47,888 bases of DNA from an uncultured Pseudobdellovibrionaceae bacterium. GTDB lineage: Bacteria; Bdellovibrionota; Bdellovibrionia; Bdellovibrionales; UBA840. Position 1 is the stretch's first letter; each line of letters opens with the position of its first letter. The stretch spans positions 1 to 47,888 of the forward strand of contig CAZZCP010000010.1 of NCBI GenBank assembly GCA_964653235.1, given 5' to 3'. The translations under genes were made by a program, and so were the position numbers. Below, piece after piece: positions 8,269 to 18,154 of the stretch. The notes beneath the pieces are model-generated. The model was not told the DNA's origin, did no database searches, and worked only from the letters and a program-made list of their open reading frames with translations.

Positions 8269-9236
8269 GCGGATAGTGGATCATCTTCCTCATCATCATT
8301 TATTTTCTGTGAAAGATTCGGGTACATTTGTTTTTTCTGATCCATATTGATCACGCAAGATACCGCATAAGATAAGAGTTGAGTAAAGCGTATATGGCTG
8401 TCTTTAAAGTTACTGTGCTCTTTGGGCATTCTTGCTGAAATCACGCCGTAAAATTCACCTTGATAAAAGAGCGGACAAACTATGATAGCATTAAACTGAA
8501 TTGTTTGAACATTCTCTTTGATTTTTGCCATTGTAGGATCATTGTCTAAATTTTCAATTACCACCATGCGCTCAGTGTTCATTACATGAATGACTTCAGG
8601 GTATTTGTTCATATCGAGCTGCAATCCATTGAGACTTTTATCATCACTAGAAACCATAACAAAAGCCCTTTGCCTGTCGGGGTGGCAATACATCACGTTG
8701 CAACGAACGGCTTTTAAAGTCAAAGATAGCATCTTTGTGTGAGTGAAGATTTTATCGCGAGCTGTTTTTTGACTGGTAGCCTCTCTTAAAACCAAATCTA
8801 AAAGATGTAGCAAAGGAGCGTACTCATTTTTATTGTCATTGCTCTTAATCAATTCAATTTTCTTTTTCTTCTGAATATGAAAGATAATTCTAGAGAGCAT
8901 GTCTTCTTCTCGATATGGTTTAACGATGTAGTCATCTGCACCCGTCTTAAGAGCTTTACGAACATTTTCAATATTGTTGTGAGAAGAGGTCATAAAGAAT
9001 TTGGTTTGAATCTTATTGGATTTACAGTGCTCAAGAAGTTGGATTCCACTGAACTCAGACAAGACCATGTTGACAATACTAAAATGAGGTTGCCATTGAT
9101 CGATAATTGATTTGGCCTCTAAGCCACTTTTACAGACTTTACATTCAAAGGCTTTTTGCTCTAAAAATTTACTGAGATTCATGGCTTGCAAACCATCTTC
9201 ATCGGCAATCAAAATCTTATAATTCGCAGAGCTCAT
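8265..9236 (-). CDS. response-regulator receiver domain fused to a GAF-like domain (atypical receiver)
   Basis: N-terminus KILIADEDG ... FMTSS ... DDYIVKP aligns by hand to the CheY fold. The C-terminal ~190 aa resemble a GAF domain (…IIVCPLFYQGEFYGVISA…). The position equivalent to the phospho-Asp is Asn56. Confidence 0.7.
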   Translation of the reverse strand: MSSANYKILIADEDGLQAMNLSKFLEQKAFECKVCKSGLEAKSIIDQWQPHFSIVNMVLSEFSGIQLLEHCKSNKIQTKFFMTSSHNNIENVRKALKTGADDYIVKPYREEDMLSRIIFHIQKKKKIELIKSNDNKNEYAPLLHLLDLVLREATSQKTARDKIFTHTKMLSLTLKAVRCNVMYCHPDRQRAFVMVSSDDKSLNGLQLDMNKYPEVIHVMNTERMVVIENLDNDPTMAKIKENVQTIQFNAIIVCPLFYQGEFYGVISARMPKEHSNFKDSHIRFTQLLSYAVSCVINMDQKKQMYPNLSQKINDDEEDDPLSA

Positions 9237-9340
9237 GGAATTAAATCGGTCTGTTTAAAGTAAAATTCAACGGACCAATGTCGCAAAGCCCAGTCCGAAA
9301 AATCGAGTGACCTTTGGCACAATGTCTTTTATGAAAAAGC

Positions 9341-9958
9341 ATGGCTTTTTTGGTTTTTGAAGGCATCGATGGAGCAGGAAAATCGACTTTGCTCAAGCTT
9401 TTGCAAAGCGATTTGCAAGACCTTGGTTGTGAAGTCATCGCCACTCGTGAGCCGGGTGGGACCGAATTGGGAGAAGAGCTGCGGCAGATTTTGATTCGAA
9501 AACAAGGCGAAGTACCTTGCCCTCGCACTGAGCTACTTTTGTATATGGCAGGACGAGCCCAGCATGTGGATAAAAAAATTCGACCTGCTTTGCAAGCCAA
9601 GAAATGGGTGCTGTCTGATCGATATGCCGCAAGCTCCGTTGCTTTTCAAGCTGGGGGCAGAGAAATTTTAGAGTCAGAGGTCGATGCATTGAATGCTTTT
9701 GCCACTCAAGCTTTGAGCCCAGACTTAACTGTGTTGATCGATCTCGATATCCAAACAGCACAGAAGAGAATGAAAGATCGAGAGAAAGATCGTTTTGAAG
9801 AAGAAAAATCGGAGTTTCATCAACGAGTACGCCAAAAATACCTTCAGCTTGCTGAGAATCCCTCTTGGTTGGTTTTAGATGCCAATCATTCACCACAAGA
9901 ATTGTATCAAATACTTGTATCTGAATTAAAGGAGCGTGCCCTGTGGCCAAAATCCTAG
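9341..9958 (+). CDS. tmk: thymidylate kinase
   Basis: P-loop FEGIDGAGKST, TREPGGT, DRY motifs; 205 aa. Confidence 0.9.
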   Translation: MAFLVFEGIDGAGKSTLLKLLQSDLQDLGCEVIATREPGGTELGEELRQILIRKQGEVPCPRTELLLYMAGRAQHVDKKIRPALQAKKWVLSDRYAASSVAFQAGGREILESEVDALNAFATQALSPDLTVLIDLDIQTAQKRMKDREKDRFEEEKSEFHQRVRQKYLQLAENPSWLVLDANHSPQELYQILVSELKERALWPKS

Positions 9959-10908
9959 AGCAAATTTTAGGTCACGAAAAACAAAAAGAGAGCCTAATTC
10001 GAGCCTATCGCCAGAGCAAACTCTATCCGAGCTTGCTCTTTGCTGGCCCCTCTGGAATAGGCAAAAAATCATTGGCACTTGGTTTTGCTCAAGCTCTTTT
10101 ATGCAAACACGATGAACTCGCTTGCGGACAATGCCCCTCTTGTTTGCGAATTGAGAATCTTGAGAGTGAGGATTTGCTTTTTATTGAGCCAGATGGACAA
10201 AGTATTAAGGTAGAGCAAACCAAAGAAATTCATAAATTTTTAGGTTTAGCGCGTCTTCATGAAGCGCGTGTTGTCTTAATCGATGCTTGCGAGAAGATGA
10301 ACCCACAGGCTGCGAACTCACTTTTAAAAGTTCTCGAAGAGCCCCCGCCTTCTTCTTATTTCTTTTTAATTACTCACAACTTGGCCAATATTCTACCGAC
10401 GATTCGCTCTCGATCTCAATTGATTGCGCTTCAAGCTCTACCCAATGAAATATTAAGAGCTTTGAGTGATGCACCCGATTGGCAGATCCGCGCTGCTCGA
10501 GGAAGCATGGATCAATTGCAGTACTGGCAAGACAATGACAAACAAGAGTTGCGAAAAGACTGCATCGAATTTTTGCAAAGCATTCCCAAAGGCAGTAGTT
10601 GGGAAGCTTTTCAAAGAATCAAAGAAATGGCTACGGATCGCCAGAGATCTCTTGAACTCTTCTCTCTAATTCAATATTGGTTTCGAGATCTCAGTATATT
10701 GAAGTCGAGCCCCGATGATCTTCTCTTTTCAGATCAAAAAGATGAGCTCGAAAAATGGCAAAATCAAAGCCAAGTTGAAATCTTAAAACTGGCACAGCTT
10801 TCGATCGCGATGGAACAGAATCTTTTGCAAAATGTAGATAAATCCTTAGTTTTTGAAAACTTTTGGCTAGAATCTGCTAAGATATGTAAAAACCCAAACC
10901 TTGGATAG
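9943..10908 (+). CDS. holB: DNA polymerase III delta' subunit
   Basis: ...LLFAGPSGIGKKSLA..., a Cys-rich zinc module (CGQCPSCLRI), ...LKVLEEPP... and SRSQ. GTG start at 9943 with GGAG 8 nt upstream. Classic tmk-holB order. Confidence 0.85.
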   Translation: MAKILEQILGHEKQKESLIRAYRQSKLYPSLLFAGPSGIGKKSLALGFAQALLCKHDELACGQCPSCLRIENLESEDLLFIEPDGQSIKVEQTKEIHKFLGLARLHEARVVLIDACEKMNPQAANSLLKVLEEPPPSSYFFLITHNLANILPTIRSRSQLIALQALPNEILRALSDAPDWQIRAARGSMDQLQYWQDNDKQELRKDCIEFLQSIPKGSSWEAFQRIKEMATDRQRSLELFSLIQYWFRDLSILKSSPDDLLFSDQKDELEKWQNQSQVEILKLAQLSIAMEQNLLQNVDKSLVFENFWLESAKICKNPNLG

Positions 10909-10911
10909 ATT

Positions 10912-11691
10912 ATGTTGCGTTGGACTGACATTCACTGCCATTTGAACTTTTTAGAGATTACCCCCTATGAAGCTATTCACAATGCCAAAAACAATGGTGT
11001 TGAGAGACTCATTACCATTGGGACAGAGCCAGGTGATTTGGATATCGTGCAAGAACTTGCCGATCGCTACTACCCCGAAGTCTACTGTACACTTGGAATT
11101 CACCCCCATGAGGCAAAGCTCAATACCGCACAGATTGAAAGAAAGATTCGAGCTGAATCTTTAAAAAAAGAGGTTGTCGCCATTGGCGAAATTGGTCTCG
11201 ATTACTTTTACTTGCACTCAGATATTGAAACCCAAAAAAAAGTATTTAAAGAGTACCTACAAATTGCTCTTGAGAATGATTTACCTGTTGAAATTCACAC
11301 CCGCGATGCCGAAGAAGATACCATCGAGATCTTAAAAAGTTTCGGTGAAGAATTTCGCGGCGTCATTCATTGCTTTACCGGAACCGACTTTCTTGCCCAA
11401 GAGAGTTTAGAACTTGGGCTCGATATTTCTGTGAGTGGAATCGCTACTTTTAAAAATGCCAGAGATCTACGAGCTACGATTGAGAAAGTACCTTTAGATC
11501 GGCTGCACGTTGAGACCGACTCGCCCTTTTTAGCGCCTGTTCCACATCGTGGTAAAAAGAATGAACCTGCCTTTGTGATTCACACTGCCGAAATGCTCGC
11601 CGAACTGAAAGGTGTAAGTCTTGAAGACTTGAATGCACAAGTCGAGAAGAACAATCAACGTGTCTTCTCGAAAATGAAATCATGGTCTTAA
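10912..11691 (+). CDS. tatD: TatD family metal-dependent hydrolase/DNase
   Basis: DIHCHL at the N-terminus, GEIGLDY, EIHTRDA, HCFTG, ETDSPFL motifs; 259 aa. Confidence 0.9.
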   Translation: MLRWTDIHCHLNFLEITPYEAIHNAKNNGVERLITIGTEPGDLDIVQELADRYYPEVYCTLGIHPHEAKLNTAQIERKIRAESLKKEVVAIGEIGLDYFYLHSDIETQKKVFKEYLQIALENDLPVEIHTRDAEEDTIEILKSFGEEFRGVIHCFTGTDFLAQESLELGLDISVSGIATFKNARDLRATIEKVPLDRLHVETDSPFLAPVPHRGKKNEPAFVIHTAEMLAELKGVSLEDLNAQVEKNNQRVFSKMKSWS

Positions 11692-12222
11692 TTCTTCTTC
11701 GTTAATAAAACGATTCAGATCATAGCCTTTAGAGAGTATCGCATCCGTTGCGGCTTGCATTTGTTCCTCACTCAATTCAGAAGTGCGCGATAGAATCCAG
11801 CCCGTGGATCGATCTCCATTGCCGACAAAAGCCCACGAATATAGACCTTCATTATTCTTTTCACCCAGAGCTAATATCCAGTAGTCTCCCGCAAAGAGCC
11901 AGCGAAGACCTGGAATAGGAACAAAGCTCACCTCTAGTTTTGCATTGCTTTGCCGATCGACCACTCTGGCCCGAGCTCTTCCGACACTTTGATCAATTTT
12001 TCCGTTTCGCATTTTGATGCATGAGTTTACAACATCTATATTGCCATCTCTTCGAATCGAATAGTTCGCCCGAGTATCAAAACACCCCTCTTGAAAGCTT
12101 TGTGGAATTCGTAAAATCTCATACCAATCGCCTTGATAGGCATTCAAATCCACCGAATCTACAGTTTGCACTTCAGCATTGGCCATAAACGCAAAACATA
12201 GCATAAATAAAACTTTCGTCAT
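11680..12222 (-). CDS. blc: bacterial lipocalin (Blc-like)
   Basis: Signal peptide, then the lipocalin signature ...YQGDWYEI... and ...YWILAL...; 180 aa. Confidence 0.8.
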   Translation of the reverse strand: MTKVLFMLCFAFMANAEVQTVDSVDLNAYQGDWYEILRIPQSFQEGCFDTRANYSIRRDGNIDVVNSCIKMRNGKIDQSVGRARARVVDRQSNAKLEVSFVPIPGLRWLFAGDYWILALGEKNNEGLYSWAFVGNGDRSTGWILSRTSELSEEQMQAATDAILSKGYDLNRFINEEELRP

Positions 12223-12372
12223 TATTTCCCCTTTTTAAAAACAAAATGAATGATAAGGCAATTATTTGCAAGCCTGCTTGTGCTCTGTCGAATCTTTTGT
12301 CAGTCTTTGAGTTATTACAAATAGGTTATCTTGAGCTTGCAGGATGCAAAATTGAAGTTTAAAACAAAAATT

Positions 12373-12714
12373 ATGATTATGAAAGTTTTAGTTTTGATCT
12401 CAATTTTATTCGCTAGTATTTCATCGCATGCTCTGCCTCTTTGTCAGTACAAAGGAGGAAGTCTCAGCATAATTTCAGATATCCAACTATATAAAAAATC
12501 CAATCGCTCTCGTGAATATACAATATTTGAACCCTATAACTCATCTTGTAAGTTGCTTTCTTCGACAGGTGCTAGAGGATGTTATCATCGAGCAAATTCT
12601 TATTCCTCCGATGGCTATTCATGCTATCTTTACTATACCGTAAGAGATGTTCTAAACGAGAGTGATCCTAATCCAGTCGAGTCTCCTAGGGCCTCTTGCT
12701 GGGTTTGCAATTAA
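12373..12714 (+). CDS. small Cys-rich exported hypothetical protein
   Basis: Signal-like MIMKVLVLISILFASISSHA and 8 cysteines in the mature part. Start chosen at the first ATG (12373); the track ORF begins at a TTG at 12331. No family recognised. Confidence 0.45.
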   Translation: MIMKVLVLISILFASISSHALPLCQYKGGSLSIISDIQLYKKSNRSREYTIFEPYNSSCKLLSSTGARGCYHRANSYSSDGYSCYLYYTVRDVLNESDPNPVESPRASCWVCN

Positions 12715-12858
12715 AATCTTCTCCCCTTTCTTTCGTTTTGTGCTATTTTAGATAATTAAACTTGCGACCTATTTGTATTCGCTTTTTTTTGCTTTTACTT
12801 TCTGTAAAACAGACTAAGGTTGCGTGTATCTTTCTGGCACATCCACCGATAAAGAACT

Positions 12859-13791
12859 ATGGATGTACAGAAGATTGAGAACAACCTGAATCCTTTCAAA
12901 CATATTTCTGAAGTTACGCTAGAGAAATTGATCTCTACTCTCATCGTCGTCTCTTTGGTTCTTTTACTTCGCTATTTAATCTCTCGCTACGGCTTTCGCC
13001 GATTTGAAGATGTAAAAACCCGCTACCGCATGCAAAAAACCATCAGTGCGGCAACCAGCATTCTTTTGTTCTTTTTTGTCGGTAGCATTTGGCTTGAAGG
13101 TATCGAATCTTTTGCTACCTATCTGGGTTTACTGTCTGCCGGTTTGGCCGTTGCCTTGAAAGAGCCCGTTACCGAAATTGCCGGCTGGGGTTTTATTATG
13201 TGGAAGCGTCCTTTCGAATTGGGAGATAGAATCCAAGTGGGGCCAGACAAAGGAGATATTATAGACATTGGTTTATTTCAATTCACTATTTTAGAAATTG
13301 GTGCTTGGATCGATGCGGAACAAAGTACAGGTAGAATCATTTACATACCCAACTCTCGCGTGTTTACCTCATCTTATATCAACTACAATCGAGGTTTTTC
13401 TTATATTTGGAATGAGATACCTGTGTTGATCACTTTTGAAAGCAATTGGAAAAAAACCCGTGAAATACTCGAAGAAATTTTAGAGCATCCCGATTTTCAG
13501 CTCAGTAAATCTGCTGAGAGAAAAATTCGTGCAAACTCCAAGAGATATCTTATCCATTACACTCACCTCACACCAAAGGTCTATCTATCTAAAAGAGATT
13601 CCGGAGTTCTTTTAACCATGAGATACTTATCCAGTCCAAGAAAGCGGCGCGGTACAGAAGATCTGATATGGTCCGAAATTTTGACCAAGTTTGACCAAAA
13701 CCCTGATATCAACTTGGCCTACAATACAGCTCGAAGCTTAACCCAGTTGCGCAAAGATCCCGAATTAGATGAAGACCCCTTTGCAGGCTAA
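12859..13791 (+). CDS. mechanosensitive ion channel (MscS family)
   Basis: TM helices followed by the MscS beta-domain signature ...PFELGDRIQVGPDKGDIIDIGLFQFTILE...; 310 aa. Confidence 0.8.
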   Translation: MDVQKIENNLNPFKHISEVTLEKLISTLIVVSLVLLLRYLISRYGFRRFEDVKTRYRMQKTISAATSILLFFFVGSIWLEGIESFATYLGLLSAGLAVALKEPVTEIAGWGFIMWKRPFELGDRIQVGPDKGDIIDIGLFQFTILEIGAWIDAEQSTGRIIYIPNSRVFTSSYINYNRGFSYIWNEIPVLITFESNWKKTREILEEILEHPDFQLSKSAERKIRANSKRYLIHYTHLTPKVYLSKRDSGVLLTMRYLSSPRKRRGTEDLIWSEILTKFDQNPDINLAYNTARSLTQLRKDPELDEDPFAG

Positions 13792-13847
13792 ATCCTTGCA
13801 ATTATTATGGATAGAACCTATAAAAGGGCATTCTTAGGAGGCCCTAT

Positions 13848-14855
13848 ATGTCAAAGTTACGCGTTGGTATCAATGGATTTGGAAGAATCGGCAGAATCCT
13901 TTTTCGAGCAGGTTATGAAAAACTCGACATTGTCGGAATTAACGACCCATGTGGTATTGCAACATCGGCTCATTTATTAAAATACGATAGCACTCATGGT
14001 CGTTTTCCAGGAAGCATCGAAGCCAAAGAGAACTCACTACTCGTAAATAATAAAAATATTCCTTTTTCGCAAACCAAAAACCCCGCAGAGATTCCTTGGA
14101 AAGACTGGGAAGTGGATGTGGTTCTTGAATGCACTGGAGCCTTCAACTCAAAAGCCGAAGAATTGCAAAAACATATTGCTGGAGGGGCAAAAAAAGTTTT
14201 GGTCTCCGCTCCAGCGGAGGCTGCAGATTTCACCGCTGTTTATGGTGTAAACCATGCAAAATATGATCCTGATAAACATAGTATTATTAGCAATGCTTCT
14301 TGTACCACCAATTGCCTTGCTCCTGTGGCTAAAATTCTTCACGAAAATTTCGGTATCGAATCAGGTTTAATGACAACAGTTCATGCCTATACCAGTGATC
14401 AAAGACTTTTAGATAATGCACATAAAGATTTGCGTCGTGCTCGAGCTGCTGCTCTTTCGATGATTCCAACCAGCACGGGTGCTGCGATTGCTGTAACCAA
14501 AGTCTTGCCTGAACTCAAAGGCAGACTTGATGGTTTGGCGGTGCGAGTTCCAACTCCCAATGTTAGTTTGGTGGACTTTACAGTTCAGTCTTCAAAAGCA
14601 GTTACTAAGGAAGCCATCAACGAAGTTCTCACCAACGCCTCCAATGGCGACTACAAAGGTATTTTGGAAGTAGCTACCGAACCTTTGGTTTCTTGCGATT
14701 TTAATGGCTCACCTGAAAGCTCCATTATTGATGCCGCAAACACAATGGTAATCAATGATACCCACTTTAAAGTTTTTGCCTGGTATGACAATGAAACTGG
14801 TTTCTCCAATCGAATGGTCGATCTTGCAATCTATCTGCAAGAAAGAGGTTTATAA
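13848..14855 (+). CDS. gap: glyceraldehyde-3-phosphate dehydrogenase
   Basis: INGFGRIGR, active site SNASCTTNCLAP, WYDNE; RBS TAGGAGG upstream. Confidence 0.95.
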   Translation: MSKLRVGINGFGRIGRILFRAGYEKLDIVGINDPCGIATSAHLLKYDSTHGRFPGSIEAKENSLLVNNKNIPFSQTKNPAEIPWKDWEVDVVLECTGAFNSKAEELQKHIAGGAKKVLVSAPAEAADFTAVYGVNHAKYDPDKHSIISNASCTTNCLAPVAKILHENFGIESGLMTTVHAYTSDQRLLDNAHKDLRRARAAALSMIPTSTGAAIAVTKVLPELKGRLDGLAVRVPTPNVSLVDFTVQSSKAVTKEAINEVLTNASNGDYKGILEVATEPLVSCDFNGSPESSIIDAANTMVINDTHFKVFAWYDNETGFSNRMVDLAIYLQERGL

Positions 14856-16052
14856 ATGTCTTCAGGCCTGGATAGAATTCAAGGAATTGAATCTTTAAAC
14901 TTAAAAGAAAAAAGAGTTTTTCTTCGTCTCGATCTCAATGTCCCAATCGAGGGTGGAATCATTTTAGACGATTTCCGCATCCGCGCAGCTCTTCCTAGCA
15001 TTCAATATCTTCTCGAAAAAGAAGCAAAAGTAGTTCTTGCTTCTCATCTAGGTCGTCCAAAGGGACAAAAGAACCCAAAGTTTTCTTTAGAACCTGTCGC
15101 CGAAAGACTTCGTGATTTGCTTGAGATAGAAATTCTTTTTGTTGAAGATCCAGATAGTGTAGCGCCAAAAAGCTTGCTATCAGGTTTAAAGAAAAATCAA
15201 ATTATCTTATTAGAGAATCTCCGCTCTGTTGAAGGTGAAGAGAAGAATTCTCATGAACTCGCAGGTCAGTTGGCAAGTTATGTCGATGTCTACATAAATG
15301 ATGCTTTTGGAGCTTCACACCGTGCCCATGCATCTATTGTTGGCCTGCCTAGCTTGGCAAAAGAAAAAGCAATTGGCTATCTAATGCAAAAAGAAGTCGA
15401 GATGCTCGATCAAGTTCTCTACAAAGCAGAAAGCCCTTTTCATGCCGTTTTGGGAGGCTCGAAAGTTTCAGATAAAATTGGTTTGATTGAAAACCTGATG
15501 GAGAAAATCGACTGCTTCTATATTGGTGGAGCAATGGCCTATACATTTTTAGAGGCCCGTGGTTTTACTTTAGGAAATTCTAAAATCGAAAAAGCAAAAG
15601 TTGCGCTTGCTGGAGAGCTTTTAGAGCGTATAGAAAGTCGCGACAAAGAGATCCTCTTACCCATCGATCATATCATCGTAGAAGAACTAAAAGCGGGAGC
15701 GGAGTATAAAATCACTGACTCCGAAGTCATTCCTGATGGCTGGATGGCAGTCGATATCGGCCCCAAAACTCGCAAGCTCTATACAGAGAAGTTGACTGCG
15801 GCAAAAACAATATTTTGGAATGGCCCCATGGGCGTCTATGAAATTGCCCCCTTCGATCAAGGCAGTCTTTCGATTGCAGAAGCTCTTTCACAATCTAATG
15901 CGACAACTATTGTCGGTGGAGGAGACTCAGCAGCTGTAACCAAACAAAGTGGCTTAGAAGAGAAAATGACACATATTTCAACCGGCGGAGGAGCAAGTCT
16001 TGAATATTTGCAAGGCTCTGCTTTGCCTGGACTCGAGGTTTTAAGATCATGA
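14856..16052 (+). CDS. pgk: phosphoglycerate kinase
   Basis: RLDLNVP, SHLGRPKG, the C-terminal STGGGASLE motif; 398 aa; starts immediately after the gap stop. Confidence 0.95.
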   Translation: MSSGLDRIQGIESLNLKEKRVFLRLDLNVPIEGGIILDDFRIRAALPSIQYLLEKEAKVVLASHLGRPKGQKNPKFSLEPVAERLRDLLEIEILFVEDPDSVAPKSLLSGLKKNQIILLENLRSVEGEEKNSHELAGQLASYVDVYINDAFGASHRAHASIVGLPSLAKEKAIGYLMQKEVEMLDQVLYKAESPFHAVLGGSKVSDKIGLIENLMEKIDCFYIGGAMAYTFLEARGFTLGNSKIEKAKVALAGELLERIESRDKEILLPIDHIIVEELKAGAEYKITDSEVIPDGWMAVDIGPKTRKLYTEKLTAAKTIFWNGPMGVYEIAPFDQGSLSIAEALSQSNATTIVGGGDSAAVTKQSGLEEKMTHISTGGGASLEYLQGSALPGLEVLRS

Positions 16053-16747
16053 TTTTTGCCGGTAACTGGAAAATGAATAAGGGCCCCAAAGAAACTCGCG
16101 AATTCTTATTGGAATTTCTAGAGAGAATTGAGGCAAATGCACAAAAAGACTATTTGCTTTTTGCTCCTGCCACCAATCTTTACCTTTGTGCCGATATGCT
16201 CAAAAGTACCTCTGTGGGTTGGGGCGCGCAAAATTGCTACTTTGAAGCTTCGGGTGCTTTTACGGGAGAAATCTCTCCACAAGTATTACAAGAAATGGGC
16301 GCCACTCACTGTTTGGTAGGCCATTCGGAGCGTCGTCAAATTTTTAACGAAAGCGATGAGATATTGGCTAAAAAAGCCTCTGCTCTGCAAAATTTTGGCA
16401 TTATTCCTGTCTATTGTGTTGGAGAGACTTTAGAAGAGCGCGAAGCGGGTAAAACTCTCGAAGTCGTTATGGGCCAACTTCATGCCGCTTCTTTAGATGG
16501 AGATTTCTTAATTGCCTATGAGCCTGTTTGGGCCATTGGCACCGGCAAAGTGGCTAGCCCCGAGCAAGCTCAAGAAGTACATGCTGAAATTCGCAAAGAA
16601 TATTCACAAAAGCTTTTGTATGGCGGCAGTGTAAAACCAGAGAATGCTGCTGAGCTAGCCGCGCAAAATGACATTGATGGTTTTTTAATTGGCGGCGCCT
16701 CACTTAAGGTTGAGAGCTTTATTGCGATTTCTCAGAATTCGAAATAG
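16049..16747 (+). CDS. tpiA: triosephosphate isomerase
   Basis: GNWKMN, GHSERR, AYEPVWAIGTG, GGASL motifs; 4-nt overlap with pgk. Confidence 0.95.
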   Translation: MIFAGNWKMNKGPKETREFLLEFLERIEANAQKDYLLFAPATNLYLCADMLKSTSVGWGAQNCYFEASGAFTGEISPQVLQEMGATHCLVGHSERRQIFNESDEILAKKASALQNFGIIPVYCVGETLEEREAGKTLEVVMGQLHAASLDGDFLIAYEPVWAIGTGKVASPEQAQEVHAEIRKEYSQKLLYGGSVKPENAAELAAQNDIDGFLIGGASLKVESFIAISQNSK

Positions 16748-16754
16748 AAAATTT

Positions 16755-17717
16755 ATGCGTATTTTATTGCTTCTTTGTTTTTGTCTGTCGACACATGCCT
16801 CTGAAATCACTTTGATGACTTTCAATGTAGAAAACCTCTTTGATCATCTCGATGATCCAGGCAAACGAGATGAAACTTTTTTGCCCTTGAGCCAAAAAAA
16901 GCCTTCGATGTGCAAAAGCATCAAGGTCAAAAAATGGAAGAAGCAATGTCTCGAGCTCGACTGGAGTGAAGAGGTGCAAAAGGCCAAACAAAAAGAAGTG
17001 GCCCAAGCCATTTTAAAAAATGGCCCGGCTGATATTTTGATCTTGCAAGAAGTAGAGAATTTTTCGATCTTAGAAGATCTGAGAAAAAGCTATCTTGCCA
17101 AAGTTTATCCATTAGAGGCCACCTTGATCGAGGGCAATGACTATCGAGGAATCGACATCGCCGTATTGAGCCGCTTTCCTGTCACAGCGAAAACACTTCA
17201 TCGAATTCCCTTTCGCGATTTTAAGAAAAAAGACAAAAGAGGAATTTTAGAGGTGCAATTGCAAGGACCTACAAAAATCACAGTCTTTGGCGTTCATTTT
17301 CCGGCACCCTTTCACCCAGCAAGATTAAGGGTCGATGCCCTCAACCACCTCAATCAACTGGCCCTTAAAAAAACGGGATTGGTTCTGGCAGCGGGCGATT
17401 TTAATATTCCTTCGGAGGAGGAGAAAAAGAGACAGCCCATCGCCACTTTTACAGATCCAATTTGGCAAGTGGCTCATAAAAAATGCAAAGACTGTCTCGG
17501 AACCAGCTACTATCCCCCTAAGAAATCCTGGTCTTTTTTGGATATGATTCTGCTCAAAAAGAATGATCAATGGCAGATCAGTAAAGTCGAAGTCGCTAAT
17601 CTCTATGACAATCAAAAAGACCCGAAAGGACGGCCTTTGAGCTTTGACCCTGTAGCAAAAAAAGGGGTCTCAGATCATTTTCCTTTGAAAATCACCATTG
17701 ACGCTAAGCAAAAATAA
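16755..17717 (+). CDS. secreted endonuclease/exonuclease/phosphatase (EEP) family protein
   Basis: ATG at 16755 gives the signal peptide MRILLLLCFCLSTHAS, then TFNVENLFD, ILQEVEN, GDFN and SDHFP motifs typical of the EEP fold. The longer track ORF from 16689 overlaps tpiA. Confidence 0.8.
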   Translation: MRILLLLCFCLSTHASEITLMTFNVENLFDHLDDPGKRDETFLPLSQKKPSMCKSIKVKKWKKQCLELDWSEEVQKAKQKEVAQAILKNGPADILILQEVENFSILEDLRKSYLAKVYPLEATLIEGNDYRGIDIAVLSRFPVTAKTLHRIPFRDFKKKDKRGILEVQLQGPTKITVFGVHFPAPFHPARLRVDALNHLNQLALKKTGLVLAAGDFNIPSEEEKKRQPIATFTDPIWQVAHKKCKDCLGTSYYPPKKSWSFLDMILLKKNDQWQISKVEVANLYDNQKDPKGRPLSFDPVAKKGVSDHFPLKITIDAKQK

Positions 17718-17767
17718 CTGGTATTCCTTTTCATTTCGGCCTATATTGCCAGCCTTAAGAGGTATTC

Positions 17768-18136
17768 ATGCTTACATTTTTGAGTATTGTTCATTTGTTT
17801 ATTGCGCTCGTTCTTATTGTTCTCGTTCTTGTTCAAGATTCCAAAGGCGGTGGCCTTGGAGGTGGAATGGGCGGTGGAACTTCAGCTGTAATTGGCTCTG
17901 TAAGTGCTGAAAACATTCTCACCAAAGCAACTCGTTGGGTTGCAGTAATCTTTGCCCTCAATTGTATTGTTCTAACTATGATTATTTCTGACCAAAGCGC
18001 TAGCGTAACTGAAACCACCCCTGCCGCCATCTCTGCTCCTTTGGAGAACTTAGGGGAAGCTGCTGAACCTGGAGCAAGTACAGAGGTCCAGCCCGAGGCC
18101 GATCAAACTCAAGAACCTACTCCTGCCGCCCAATAA
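17768..18136 (+). CDS. secG: preprotein translocase subunit SecG with Pro/Glu-rich C-terminal tail
   Basis: N-terminal TM, then ...LVQDSKGGGLGGGMGGG..., then a second TM; position downstream of tpiA. Confidence 0.85.
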   Translation: MLTFLSIVHLFIALVLIVLVLVQDSKGGGLGGGMGGGTSAVIGSVSAENILTKATRWVAVIFALNCIVLTMIISDQSASVTETTPAAISAPLENLGEAAEPGASTEVQPEADQTQEPTPAAQ

Positions 18137-18154
18137 GTTGTAAACTCTTCGTAT

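Noticed and set aside
9241-9950. Minus-strand ORFs 9241-9600 (119 aa) and 9435-9950 (171 aa)
   Set aside because: They are antisense to the clearly recognisable tmk gene. Their composition is Arg/Ser/Cys/Pro-rich, typical of antisense frames, and they have no motifs.
17698-17910. 70-aa ORF overlapping the secG start, and the Gly-rich run GGGLGGGMGGG as a possible repeat or low-complexity anomaly
   Set aside because: The Gly-rich loop is a normal feature of SecG between its two TM helices. The overlapping ORF is out of frame and Cys/Arg/Trp-rich.
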